Source: Chloroflexota bacterium (GTDB lineage: Bacteria > Chloroflexota > Dehalococcoidia > Bin125). From it: DNA of 64,000 nucleotides. Positions 8,455 through 17,701 of the stretch are shown in pieces (the stretch's first letter is position 1; each line of letters starts with the position of its first letter). The notes under the pieces were generated by a model, which was given only the letters and a program-made list of their open reading frames with translations, did not search any database and was not told where the DNA came from. The DNA is taken from the NCBI GenBank assembly GCA_009838735.1, contig VXQZ01000033.1, positions 50,826 through 114,825 of the forward strand, given 5' to 3'. A program made the translations under genes and the position numbers.

Positions 8455-11400
8455 CTAGATAATAGCCAACTTCTCCAACACTGACGTCAGCACCGACTCC
8501 CAATCCGATTCTGCCAGCCGCCGAGCAGGCTGGTATCGCAGTTGCGTGGAGCCGATCTGCACCTGCCGAGGAACGGCGAGCCGTCGTTGCGACGAGCTGA
8601 AGTTCAGACCTGGCGCCAGGCGCAGGACCACGTTCTCTCCCTCGGACTGGATGGACTCGGCCCCGATCCTCGAAGCGAGCACCTTGAGCTTGACCGCGCC
8701 GAGCAGATTCTCGGTCGGCTTCGGCAGAACCCCGAATCGATCGTTCAGCTCGAGCCTGAAGTCTTCAATTTCATTTGGCGATTCGACGGCGGCCAGCCGC
8801 TGGTAGAGGGTCATACGCAGCCCGACATCGTCGACGTAGGACTCCGGAAGATAGCGAGGGATCGCGAGGTCGAGGTTGACCCTGGTTCCCTGACGGCGGC
8901 TGACGGGCCGCTGTCCAGATCGTTTCGCCTTCGATCGCTCGACTGCCTCGCCGAGCAGCTGAGTGAACAACGTGAAGCCGACCGCCCCGATGTGCCCCGA
9001 CTGTTGCGCGCCAAGCAGGTTGCCGGCGCCGCGGATTTCCAGGTCCTTGAGCGCGATCTGGAATCCGGCCCCGAGGTCGTCCGCCTCCATGATTGTGGCC
9101 AGTCGGCGCTGCGCCACTTCGGACAACGAACGGTACGGCTCGGTCATCAAGTAGGCGTACGCGCGCACGCTGGCGCGCCCGACACGCCCGCGGAGTTGGT
9201 ACATCTGCGCCAGTCCGAGCCGTTCGGCGCGGTCGATGATCATCGTGTTGACGCGAGGAATGTCGACGCCTGACTCGATGATCGTGGAGCAGACCAGAAC
9301 GTCCGCTTCGCCGTGGGTGAAGCGTTCCATGTGCTCGCGCAGGACATTGGCCGGCATCTGTCCGTGAGCGACCAGAAAGCTCGCCTCCGGCACCAGGCGG
9401 CTCAGCTCATTGGCCTCCCGGTCGATTGTTCTCACCTCGTTGTGCAGGAAGTAGACCTGACCGCCCCGATCGAGTTCCCGCAGGATCGCCTCGCGGATCA
9501 CGCTGTTGTCGCGTTCCATGACGTAGGTGCTGATCGGCAGTCGCTCTTCGGGCGGTGAAGCGATCGTCGACATGTCGCGGATCCCGGTCACCGCCTGATG
9601 CAGCGAGCGGGGAATCGGCGTCGCCGAGAGCGTGAGCACGTCAACCTCGCGGCGCAGCTTCTTCAGACGTTCCTTGTGTTCGACCCCGAAGCGTTGTTCC
9701 TCGTCGATCACCAGCAAACCAAGGCTCTTGAAGCCGATGTCCTTCTGCAGCAATCGGTGCGTGCCGATCGCGATATCAATCTTGCCGACCTTGAGTGCGT
9801 CCACTGTTTGTTGCTGTTCGGCCGATGTGCGTAGCCGGGACAGCAAGCCAATCTCGACCTGCATCGCAGCCAGGCGTTGGCGAAACGTCTCGTAGTGCTG
9901 TTGCGCCAACACCGTGGTCGGCACCAGCACGGCGACCTGATGACCGGACATGACCGCCTTGAATGCGGCGCGGATGGCGACTTCGGTTTTGCCGTAGCCG
10001 ACATCGCCGACGATCAGCCGATCCATCGGCCTGGACGCTTCCTGGTCTCGGCGGACTTCTTCAATCGCGCGATGCTGGTCGGTGGTCTCCACGTAGGGGA
10101 ACGACGCTTCCAGCTCGATCTGCCAGGGAGTATCCGGCTCGATCGGGATTCCCGGCTCGGTCTCCCGGGCGGCATGGAGCTCGAGCAAATCGTCGGCGAT
10201 CTCGGCGACCGCTCCACGGACCCGAGCCTTGGCCCGCTGCCACTGGCCGCCTCCGAGCCTGGTCAGCGTCGGCGGCGCATCGGAGGGGCCGACGTACGGC
10301 TGGACCCGGTCGAGCTTGTCGGTCGGCACCAGCAGTCGGTCGCCTTTGGCGAAACGCAGGTCTAGGTACTCGCCCTCGCGACCACCGATCCGTTCGCGAA
10401 CCACGCCATGGAAACGTCCAATGCCGCTATCGACGTGGACCACGTAGTCGCCTTGCTTGAGGCTTTCCAGCAGATGAGGATCCGAGGCAGGTACGGCACG
10501 GGTCTTGAGCGGTCGGCGCTGACGCTGACGCTCGAATCCGAATATCTCTGTGTCGCTGATCAACGTGACCAGACGCTCTCCGGTCTGCGGATCGTCAAGC
10601 CGCCAACCCTCCGCGATCGCCGCTCGCCCGATCGAGATCGCCAACCGATCAGGCCTGCTCCCAGGTTCCAGCTTCGACAGTGGCAACCCGAGGTCCGTCA
10701 TCAGTTCGGCCAGCCGCGCCTCTTGCAGGGAGACCACGACGTGGGCGCCGCGCCCTCTGGATTCGCGCAGCGATTCGAATAGCTGCGACAGTTTGCCCGC
10801 CAGTCGCGGAGTCGGTCGGAAGGGCAGACGCTGGTCGCCGCTGGCGAGACGGGACAGCGATCGGACCCGACGCGTCGACCGATACATCTCAGCTTCCAGC
10901 TCATCGCAGGTGAGCCACGGATGAGGGAGCCCGTGAGGGATGCGAGCCTCCCACTCCAGCTCACCGCGAGCGTCCTCGGCACGCTGATCACGCTCCTCGG
11001 CTCGAGCAGATACGTCGTGCGGCTCGTCGACGATGATCAATGCATCGTCGCCCAGATGGGCAAAGACCGTGCCGGATGCGAGAAACTGCGTCCAGAAGTC
11101 CGGCCGTGCCGTGGGACCGCCGTTTCGCAGGTGCTCCAGATCCAGCGTCAACAACGCGGCTTCCGCGGTCGGCTCCGCAGCGTCGTTCTCATCCCTGCGA
11201 TCCTGATCAACTGCCGTCAACAGTGCTTCGACCAGCGGTTCGCTGGCCGGCCCCGGACTCCACTCGCGAGCCGGCCGAACGGCGACCCGTTCGACAGCCT
11301 GCGTCGAGCGCTGGGTGAGCGGATCGAATCGGCGAATCGAGTCGATGTCATCGCCAAACAGCTCGACCCTGACCGGCTCGTCCTCGGCCGGCGGCCAGAA

Positions 11401-11964
11401 ATCGACAATCCCGCCTCGCACGGCAAACGTCGACGGTTCTACCACGAGTCGGCGTCGTTCGTAGCCGTTGGCGTCAAGCGATCGAACCAGGTCGGCCATT
11501 CGGATTGAGGATCCCAGACAGAGTTCGATAGGAGCAGAGACCGCGGCGACGGTGCGTTGCGCAGCGGCGTCAACGTCGGCGACGACGATCGGCGAGCCCT
11601 GGCGCAGCGATTCGATCGCGGAGAGCCGCGCTTCGACAGTGTCCGGCGCGGGCTTCTGCCGTTCATACGGGGCCGTCTCGCGGGCCGGAAACTGGAGCAG
11701 CCGGCTACGGTCGCGCTCCCCGAGCCAGAGCGGCAAGGCGTCGACCAGATCGGCGGCGTTGGTGGGTGTTGGCGTCAGGACGAGCACCGGACCCTGATGC
11801 CGGGCGGCCAGCACGGCGATGACGGCCGGCTTGGCGGCGTCGGGCAGGCCCAGCATCGGCTGGGCATCGAACGGCTCAATCGCCCCAAGCACGACGGGGC
11901 CCAGCCCGTCGAGCAGACCCGGCGGGGTGTCGTGCGGGATGTCGTGCGGGTCGGTGGCGCTCAC
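8455..11964 (-). CDS. mfd: Transcription-repair coupling factor
   Basis: 1169 aa; DEAD/DEAH helicase motifs (GDVGYGKTEVA, VIDEEQRFG), CarD-like and TRG domains; GTG start. Confidence 0.95.
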   Translation of the reverse strand: MSATDPHDIPHDTPPGLLDGLGPVVLGAIEPFDAQPMLGLPDAAKPAVIAVLAARHQGPVLVLTPTPTNAADLVDALPLWLGERDRSRLLQFPARETAPYERQKPAPDTVEARLSAIESLRQGSPIVVADVDAAAQRTVAAVSAPIELCLGSSIRMADLVRSLDANGYERRRLVVEPSTFAVRGGIVDFWPPAEDEPVRVELFGDDIDSIRRFDPLTQRSTQAVERVAVRPAREWSPGPASEPLVEALLTAVDQDRRDENDAAEPTAEAALLTLDLEHLRNGGPTARPDFWTQFLASGTVFAHLGDDALIIVDEPHDVSARAEERDQRAEDARGELEWEARIPHGLPHPWLTCDELEAEMYRSTRRVRSLSRLASGDQRLPFRPTPRLAGKLSQLFESLRESRGRGAHVVVSLQEARLAELMTDLGLPLSKLEPGSRPDRLAISIGRAAIAEGWRLDDPQTGERLVTLISDTEIFGFERQRQRRPLKTRAVPASDPHLLESLKQGDYVVHVDSGIGRFHGVVRERIGGREGEYLDLRFAKGDRLLVPTDKLDRVQPYVGPSDAPPTLTRLGGGQWQRAKARVRGAVAEIADDLLELHAARETEPGIPIEPDTPWQIELEASFPYVETTDQHRAIEEVRRDQEASRPMDRLIVGDVGYGKTEVAIRAAFKAVMSGHQVAVLVPTTVLAQQHYETFRQRLAAMQVEIGLLSRLRTSAEQQQTVDALKVGKIDIAIGTHRLLQKDIGFKSLGLLVIDEEQRFGVEHKERLKKLRREVDVLTLSATPIPRSLHQAVTGIRDMSTIASPPEERLPISTYVMERDNSVIREAILRELDRGGQVYFLHNEVRTIDREANELSRLVPEASFLVAHGQMPANVLREHMERFTHGEADVLVCSTIIESGVDIPRVNTMIIDRAERLGLAQMYQLRGRVGRASVRAYAYLMTEPYRSLSEVAQRRLATIMEADDLGAGFQIALKDLEIRGAGNLLGAQQSGHIGAVGFTLFTQLLGEAVERSKAKRSGQRPVSRRQGTRVNLDLAIPRYLPESYVDDVGLRMTLYQRLAAVESPNEIEDFRLELNDRFGVLPKPTENLLGAVKLKVLASRIGAESIQSEGENVVLRLAPGLNFSSSQRRLAVPRQVQIGSTQLRYQPARRLAESDWESVLTSVLEKLAII

Positions 11965-12036
11965 GCGCGCAGACTCCGTCCGCTGACGTCTGGACTCAGC
12001 TTATGGGAGCCTGATCCAACGAACGTTATGCCAGGT

Positions 12037-12690
12037 TCAACTCTGGCCGTCCGGCGCCGAACGGTTGTACAGGTTCATCGCCGACTCGACGCCATGCTCC
12101 AACAGGTGGACGACCGCCTCGGCAGCGCGCATTTCGGCATCGTGCAACAGCCGACGCTCCGCCGGAGTCGGGTCACTGAGCAACCAGTCCGCGACATCAT
12201 CGGGATGATGCGACGGTTTGCCGTCGACCATCGGACGGCCAACGCCGATCCGAATCCGAGGAAAGTCAAGCTCACCGATCGTGGCGCGAATCGAACGCAT
12301 GCCACGCTGACCGGCGTCGGACCCTGAGGGCCTGATCCGGATCCGTCCGGGTTCCAGATCAAGTTCATCGACGAGCAGGATCAGGTCCGACGGCTCGGCG
12401 CGGTACTTGTCGAGCAGCGATTGCACAGCTTTGCCCGACTCGTTCATGAACGTTCGCGGAACGACGACGGCGACCGGTCCATGAGCCGTCTGAGCCTGAG
12501 CGACGCGGAAGCGTGCCTCACGCTGAAGCTGCGGCAGTCCGAGCCCACGTCGGATGAGCTCAGCCGAGCGTGCGCCTGCGTTATGTCGGTTCTGCGAGTA
12601 GTCCGCTCCAGGATTTCCCAGACCAACGATCAGCCGGGCACCCTGAAGCGGCTTGAGTCCGCGCCTTCGAAGTTTGGGCAGTCTGACCAT
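12037..12690 (-). CDS. pth: Peptidyl-tRNA hydrolase
   Basis: LIVGLGNPGADYSQNRHNAG signature; N-terminal extension of about 18 aa, so the true start may lie downstream. Confidence 0.85.
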   Translation of the reverse strand: MVRLPKLRRRGLKPLQGARLIVGLGNPGADYSQNRHNAGARSAELIRRGLGLPQLQREARFRVAQAQTAHGPVAVVVPRTFMNESGKAVQSLLDKYRAEPSDLILLVDELDLEPGRIRIRPSGSDAGQRGMRSIRATIGELDFPRIRIGVGRPMVDGKPSHHPDDVADWLLSDPTPAERRLLHDAEMRAAEAVVHLLEHGVESAMNLYNRSAPDGQS

Positions 12691-12783
12691 GCGCCTATTC
12701 TTTCATCGGATGCCGACTTGGCGGTTGCGTCAAATCGGGCTAGATCACGCCTAACCGGCAAGTTGGGAGTTTGCGTCGTGCCG

Positions 12784-13068
12784 ATGCCCTCAGAGGCAGA
12801 AGTTAGCCGCGTGCTACTTCTGTTGCTGCACCGGAGCGAATCGGGAATGCGAACTGGAGATGCCATCGTGGCTGTTTCAGTAGCGTTTCCCCAGATCACG
12901 GAGAGCGATCTCAACGAGACTGTCCCATCCGGCGAAAACAGATGGCAGAACCGCGTGCGCTGGGCGCGAAACGATCTTGTGAAGGCCGGCCTCCTTGATC
13001 CATCGCAACACGGATTCTGGCTCTTGACCAAGAAGGGTCACGAGGACGCAAGGCGAATCTTCCCATAG
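12784..13068 (+). CDS. Mrr_N (restriction-system Mrr N-terminal) winged-helix domain protein, standalone
   Basis: 95 aa; SGENRWQNRVRWARNDLVKAGLLDPSQHGFWLLTKKG aligns with the E. coli Mrr N-terminal domain (recalled); GGGAG upstream; a GTG at 12778 is an alternative start. Confidence 0.7.
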   Translation: MPSEAEVSRVLLLLLHRSESGMRTGDAIVAVSVAFPQITESDLNETVPSGENRWQNRVRWARNDLVKAGLLDPSQHGFWLLTKKGHEDARRIFP

Positions 13069-13189
13069 CCCTCTTTGAAGCGTCTACGGATTTCTCAAAG
13101 TAGCTCAGCTCAATGAGCTGTCGTGGGCACCGCCCGGCTGCAGAGCAATGCTCAAAGTGTCCGCGCTCGTAGCACTGAGGGACTTCAGC

Positions 13190-14773
13190 TCACTCTCCGA
13201 CGTACTTCTCGCCCAGGGCGGTTTCCCAGCGCAGGTAGTGCTGCATGTCGGCGTAGCCGCGCTGCGGACCGAAGGTCAGGATGTCGTTGGGCGGCGCGAG
13301 CACTCCCGTCAGGCCGTACTCGATCGGGAGCCCAGCCGCGTGCCAGTTGCCCATGCCGCCTGCGATCGCGGAGACGTTCGGGCGCCCCAATTCGAGCAGC
13401 GTCTGGGCTGCCAACAACGATTGCCGGCCGGACTCGCAGACGATAATCAACGGCGTCGACTCCTCCGGGGCCAACGATTGGATATCCCGCTCCAGCCAGC
13501 CTCTGGGCGCCCATCGAGCTCCCGGCGGATGCGCCCGAGCGAACTCCTCGCTCGTACCGACGTGCAGGATCACCGCGTCGGGCTGATCGAACGTCTCTGA
13601 AGCCTCAATGGTGATCACGGTCTGGCGTGCCTGCGACAACAGACCAGGCTCAGTTGTCCTCATGCCTGATTCCAATCGCCGGCCGGCCGAAGTCCACGCC
13701 TCTATCCCTCCATCGAGCGCATAGATGTGTCGATGGCCCATCTGCCGGTACCACGACGCCGTCAGCGCGGCGCGCGCCACGCCGTCGCAGGCGAACACGA
13801 TCGGCGCATGGTGAACAACCGCAACGTCATCGCTGCGCTGCACTGCCTGTCCACCGGGGAACCAGCGGAAGCCGGGGATGTGTCCGGCCTCGTGCTCGGC
13901 GTCGGTACGGACGTCGATGAGGTACACACTCTCCGACTGGCTCCGCCCGCGAAGCTCGTTCACTTGCTCGACGCCAATGAGTTGAACGCCATCCTCTTCA
14001 GCGCAGCGCCGCGCATACTGTTCGGCCGCAGCCTGACCCTCGGCGGAAACGGCGGGCAGCGCATCGCGGTCGGCGCCAAACTCAAGCTCGTGACCGGCCA
14101 GCATCCAGCCCGCGGTGCCGTTCTTCAGACCAATGACCTCGCGCTTCAAGGACATCCGCTGCAACACCCTGGTGCCAATGATGCTGCGCGTCCGTCCGGC
14201 GCAGTTGACCACCACCGTGGCGTCGTCCGGCGCGTCGGCAAGCACATCGGTGATCCGGAAGGCAAGTTCGCCTCCGGGCATGCTGCGCCCGCCGGGGATG
14301 CAGGAACGCCGGTACTCCTCCGGCGTCCGCGTGTCGAGGATTACCAGCGGGTCGCCGCGTTCTATCCGCGCATGCAGGTCGTCCGCGTCGATCTCCGGAA
14401 CGCGGTGCACGACCTCGACCCGCTCACCAAAGTCCTTGCTGGGCACATTGACGCCCCACTCGGTCGGCAGGTCGAGAAACGCCCAACGGTTGGTCCCGCC
14501 GGAAAGCGTCGAAACATCGGAGTAGCCCATGCGCTCAACCGTCTCGGCGGCAAAATGAACGCGCCGCTCATCCTCGTCGCACAGCACAATCGGCGTATCG
14601 CGATGTGGCACAGCCTCGGGAAGCTCGAACTCAAGCATCCGCCGAGGAATCAGGCTGGCCCCAACGATATGCGACGCGTTGTACTCAGGAGGATCACGAA
14701 CGTCTATCAAAGCAATCGGCGCATCGTCGGAAAGCCGGTCGTGGAGGTCGTCGGGTGTGATTGGTGGTGGCAT
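13190..14773 (-). CDS. Multi-domain rhodanese-like sulfurtransferase (four tandem rhodanese domains)
   Basis: 527 aa; repeated rhodanese modules with active-site Cys loops (CDEDERR, CAGRTRS, CDGVARA, CESGRQS). Confidence 0.85.
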   Translation of the reverse strand: MPPPITPDDLHDRLSDDAPIALIDVRDPPEYNASHIVGASLIPRRMLEFELPEAVPHRDTPIVLCDEDERRVHFAAETVERMGYSDVSTLSGGTNRWAFLDLPTEWGVNVPSKDFGERVEVVHRVPEIDADDLHARIERGDPLVILDTRTPEEYRRSCIPGGRSMPGGELAFRITDVLADAPDDATVVVNCAGRTRSIIGTRVLQRMSLKREVIGLKNGTAGWMLAGHELEFGADRDALPAVSAEGQAAAEQYARRCAEEDGVQLIGVEQVNELRGRSQSESVYLIDVRTDAEHEAGHIPGFRWFPGGQAVQRSDDVAVVHHAPIVFACDGVARAALTASWYRQMGHRHIYALDGGIEAWTSAGRRLESGMRTTEPGLLSQARQTVITIEASETFDQPDAVILHVGTSEEFARAHPPGARWAPRGWLERDIQSLAPEESTPLIIVCESGRQSLLAAQTLLELGRPNVSAIAGGMGNWHAAGLPIEYGLTGVLAPPNDILTFGPQRGYADMQHYLRWETALGEKYVGE

Positions 14774-14877
14774 GGCTGAAGTCTAGGTCCGAACTCATCG
14801 ACTGACTTCAGTTCGTCCCCCTCCGCCAATTCGCCGCGAGGAGACCCGCGCGTCGACCACGGACTTGCAGTTGCCGT

Positions 14878-14910
14878 CAACCCCCTCTCCCTCGGGAAGA
14901 GGGGACCGGA
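14878..14910. repeat. GC-rich palindromic repeat, family B (CCCTCTCCC-N3/4-GGGAGAGGGGACCGGA)
   Basis: ccccctctccctcgggaagaggggaccgga; related copies at 17298-17395 and 44166-44241. Confidence 0.7.
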
Positions 14911-14941
14911 ATGAGGATTGCGGATAGGTCTTGGGACGCCC

Positions 14942-16354
14942 CTATACCGCCGCCAACCGCGACGCCTTCTGCAGCGCATTCGCCGCGCGCTCGAAGCTGG
15001 GGAACGTGGCGATCCCCTCCTCCTGCAGCCTCATCCTCGCAGTCAGCGCGGCCTCCTCAACGTGGCTCGGATGCAGCGCCGCCAGGAACGGTTTGCCCGA
15101 CTCGGCCATGAACTTCTTCAGCGAGCCGATCAGGCGGTCGAACTCCTCCGGCTTGTCCTGCCAACGACGGGCCATGAATGTGGCCGAGAGTTCCATCCCG
15201 ACCGCGTCGATGTTCTCGTCTGCGTTGAGGATGTCGAAGATCGTGTCCAGGTGCTTGGGGTCCTGGCCGATCGTCCCCGCGGCGTCTAGCGGGTTACGGT
15301 AGCTGCCGCCGATGATGTTGAAGAACTCGGAGAGCTGGGCATAGCTCTCGTCTGAGAGCGTCGGCACCTTCCAGCCCGCCTTCTCAAAGGCGTCGGTAAG
15401 CACGACCGACTGTCCCCCGGTCATGGCGATCAGGCCGAGCCGATTGCCCTGGGTGCGCTTGGTCAGCAACGTGGCCTTGACCACATCGATCATCTCGTCG
15501 AGGTTATGCACCGCGACCGCGCCGACCTGCTTAATCATCGCCTCCCAGATCGCCTGGTCGCTGGCCAGCGAGGCCGTGTGCGAGCGAATCGCGCGTCCGC
15601 CGCCCTCGGTCTGGCCGCCCTTCCAGATGATCACCGGCTTCTTCGCGGCGACCTCGCGCAACGTCTTGAACAGGCGCTGCCCATCGCGGGCACCCTCGAT
15701 GTACATGCCGATCACTTCGGTCTGCGGGTCGTCGGCGAGGTACTCGAGGTAGTCGGCGGCCTCGAGAATGATCCCGTTGCCAAAGCTGACCAGGGTCGAG
15801 CAGTACAGGCCGTGCGCGGCGCCGGTCAGGGAGAAGTTCATCCCGTGGGTACCCGATTGCGAGACAAAGCCGATGTTGCCCTGCACGCCGGCCGGTTGGT
15901 CGCGGTTGAAGCGCACGCCGAGACCGGGCACGTGCAGCCCCATGCAGTTGGGTCCGATCAGGGCCAGTCCCGAGGGGTCGGCAATCTCAAAGATCTTGTT
16001 CTGCAGCTCGACGCCGATGTCTTCGCCGGTCTCGGCGAATCCGGAGGTGAACAGCGTGACGCCGCCGACGTTGGCCTCAACACAACCCTGGACGATGAAC
16101 GGCGCGACTTGTCGCGGCACTGCACAGACGGCGAAGTCGACCTGATCCGGAATGTCGGTCAGCGATTTGTAGTTGGGGATGCCCAGCTCTTCGATCCCGG
16201 GAATCTCGTTCTCGTCGACTTGCACGCTGTAAACGGGGCCGTCGAACTCTTTCATTGAGCGCAGCCAGTTGTAGCCACTCGCCTTCTTGTCGCCAATGAC
16301 GGCGACCACCTTGGGCGCAAGTGCACGGGTCAGGCGTTCACGTGTGACGGCCAT
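14942..16354 (-). CDS. Acetyl-CoA synthetase (ADP-forming), alpha subunit (CoA-binding/succinyl-CoA-synthetase-like)
   Basis: 470 aa; N-terminal CoA-binding Rossmann (VVAVIGDKKASG) plus ligase-CoA domains. Confidence 0.85.
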   Translation of the reverse strand: MAVTRERLTRALAPKVVAVIGDKKASGYNWLRSMKEFDGPVYSVQVDENEIPGIEELGIPNYKSLTDIPDQVDFAVCAVPRQVAPFIVQGCVEANVGGVTLFTSGFAETGEDIGVELQNKIFEIADPSGLALIGPNCMGLHVPGLGVRFNRDQPAGVQGNIGFVSQSGTHGMNFSLTGAAHGLYCSTLVSFGNGIILEAADYLEYLADDPQTEVIGMYIEGARDGQRLFKTLREVAAKKPVIIWKGGQTEGGGRAIRSHTASLASDQAIWEAMIKQVGAVAVHNLDEMIDVVKATLLTKRTQGNRLGLIAMTGGQSVVLTDAFEKAGWKVPTLSDESYAQLSEFFNIIGGSYRNPLDAAGTIGQDPKHLDTIFDILNADENIDAVGMELSATFMARRWQDKPEEFDRLIGSLKKFMAESGKPFLAALHPSHVEEAALTARMRLQEEGIATFPSFERAANALQKASRLAAV

Positions 16355-16377
16355 CGGAAGTCTCCTAGCTCAATCAG

Positions 16378-16502
16378 CCTCCCCCTCGCAGGGGGAGGTG
16401 CCGAACGCGGAGGGGGTCCCGCCCGGCATTGGCGAATCTGCTCGTAACACCGCGAAGGACCCCCTCAGTCGCTACGCGACAGCTCCCCCTGCGAGGGGGA
16501 GC
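16378..16502. repeat. Inverted pair of ~43-nt GC-rich repeat units, family A (GCTCCCCCTCGCAGGGGGAGC-TGCCGAA-N-GAGGGGGTCCC), MITE-like
   Basis: Left unit 16378-16420 and right unit 16457-16502 are near reverse complements; each unit contains a 9-bp-stem hairpin; a single copy lies at 22017-22058. Confidence 0.75.
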
Positions 16503-16509
16503 GGGATTT

Positions 16510-17205
16510 CTACGAGTCTGAAGTCAGCAGAATGCGGGCGTCAACGGCGATCGCCCCATCGGGACGCGCGAAGACGGGATTGAGGTCCAGCTCCGCGATT
16601 TCCGGGTTTGCTTCCGCAAACTCCGAGAGCTGCAGCAGCATCGACTCAATTGCCTCGAGGTTGGCCGCCGGCTGACCGCGGAAGCCCTCGAGCAGCGGGA
16701 ATCCCTGGATCTCGCGAACCATCTCGGCAGCGTCACGCGGTTCGAGCGGGACAATACGGAAGGCGACGTCCTTGAGCACCTCGACGAACACGCCGCCGAG
16801 GCCGAACATCAGGACCGGTCCGAACTGCTGATCCTGGGTAATCCCCAGAATCACTTCCGCGCCCGGCTCGGCCATCGGCTGCACCGACACGCCCTGCGCC
16901 TGTGGATCGTCCACAGCGGCGGTCACCCGTTCGTGGATGCGCTCACAGGCGGCGCGCAACGCGTCCTCATCGGCGACGCCCAACTCGACGCCGCCGACAT
17001 CGGTCTTGTGCGTGATCTTGTCCGAGACCACTTTGAGCGCAACCGGATAGCCGAGCTCGGCAGCGTGTGCGGCGGCCTCGTCGATGGACGTGGCTAGCCG
17101 AGTCTCGGTCACATTGATCCCGGCCTCGGCCAGTAACTGCTTGGCCTCCACCTCGGACAGAATGGTGCGGTTCGCGGCGCGCGCGGCGGCAATGACATCG
17201 GTCAT
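16510..17205 (-). CDS. Acetyl-CoA synthetase (ADP-forming), beta subunit (ATP-grasp)
   Basis: 231 aa from the internal ATG (MTDVIAAAR) with GGAG RBS; ATP-grasp motifs (GYPVALKVVSDKITHKTDVGGV). Confidence 0.85.
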   Translation of the reverse strand: MTDVIAAARAANRTILSEVEAKQLLAEAGINVTETRLATSIDEAAAHAAELGYPVALKVVSDKITHKTDVGGVELGVADEDALRAACERIHERVTAAVDDPQAQGVSVQPMAEPGAEVILGITQDQQFGPVLMFGLGGVFVEVLKDVAFRIVPLEPRDAAEMVREIQGFPLLEGFRGQPAANLEAIESMLLQLSEFAEANPEIAELDLNPVFARPDGAIAVDARILLTSDS

Positions 17206-17297
17206 GGGCGTCTCCGGCAGGAATGGGCGTTCAACTGCGCGCAGAATACACGCCGACTTCCGAACCGCGGACGCGGACCTGGTCCGCATGAGGCGAG

Positions 17298-17395
17298 ACT
17301 CCCTCTCCCTCTGGGAGAGGGCTGGGGTGAGGGTCCCTTCTCGCTAACCGGCGGACCCTCACCCTAACCCTCTCCCTCGGGGAGAGGGGACCGGA
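17298..17395. repeat. Inverted pair of family-B palindromic repeat units
   Basis: ctccctctccctctgggagagggctggggtgagggtccc (17298-17337) and ggaccctcaccctaaccctctccctcggggagaggggaccgga (17354-17395) are near reverse complements; located in the divergent promoter region. Confidence 0.7.
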
Positions 17396-17470
17396 GCTAA
17401 CTCTCGGCGTTGGGCGACCGGCTATTCTGTATACTCAGTTTCGCAGTTAAGAATCGCTGAGGAGTTGGCC

Positions 17471-17689
17471 ATGGCCGAGGGTGACCCGTTCGAGGACTGG
17501 CTGGACATCGTCGAGGCGGCGAGGGAGCTGAACATCCATCCGCAATCCATGCGCCGGCTAATCAAGCAGGGCCGGGTCCCCGCCCGCCTCTACGGCGGCA
17601 AGTACCTCATCGAGCGAGACCAACTCCTCATGTTCAAGTCCAACTACGACCCCCGCCCCGGCCGCAAGCGCTCCCCTCGGCTGCTGTAG
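17471..17689 (+). CDS. Helix-turn-helix (excisionase/MerR-like HTH_17) DNA-binding protein
   Basis: 72 aa; ARELNIHPQSMRRLIKQGRVPARLYGGKYLIERDQL is a classic HTH_17 pattern; GAGGAG RBS 6 nt upstream of ATG. Confidence 0.8.
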   Translation: MAEGDPFEDWLDIVEAARELNIHPQSMRRLIKQGRVPARLYGGKYLIERDQLLMFKSNYDPRPGRKRSPRLL

Positions 17690-17701
17690 GGGGCTCCTCA
17701 C

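Noticed and set aside
12421-12783. N-terminal 120 codons of ORF 12421-13068 overlapping pth on the opposite strand
   Set aside because: Only the C-terminal 95 aa match the Mrr_N domain. The upstream part overlaps the conserved pth coding sequence antisense and lacks an RBS.
13090-13180. tRNA-like start 'gtagctcagctcaatgagctg'
   Set aside because: Only a D-arm-like TAGCTCAGC fragment and a short hairpin are present. No anticodon or T arms could be folded.
17360-17372. Telomere-like ccctaaccct inside family-B repeats
   Set aside because: Only ~1.6 copies, embedded in a longer palindromic unit; coincidental.
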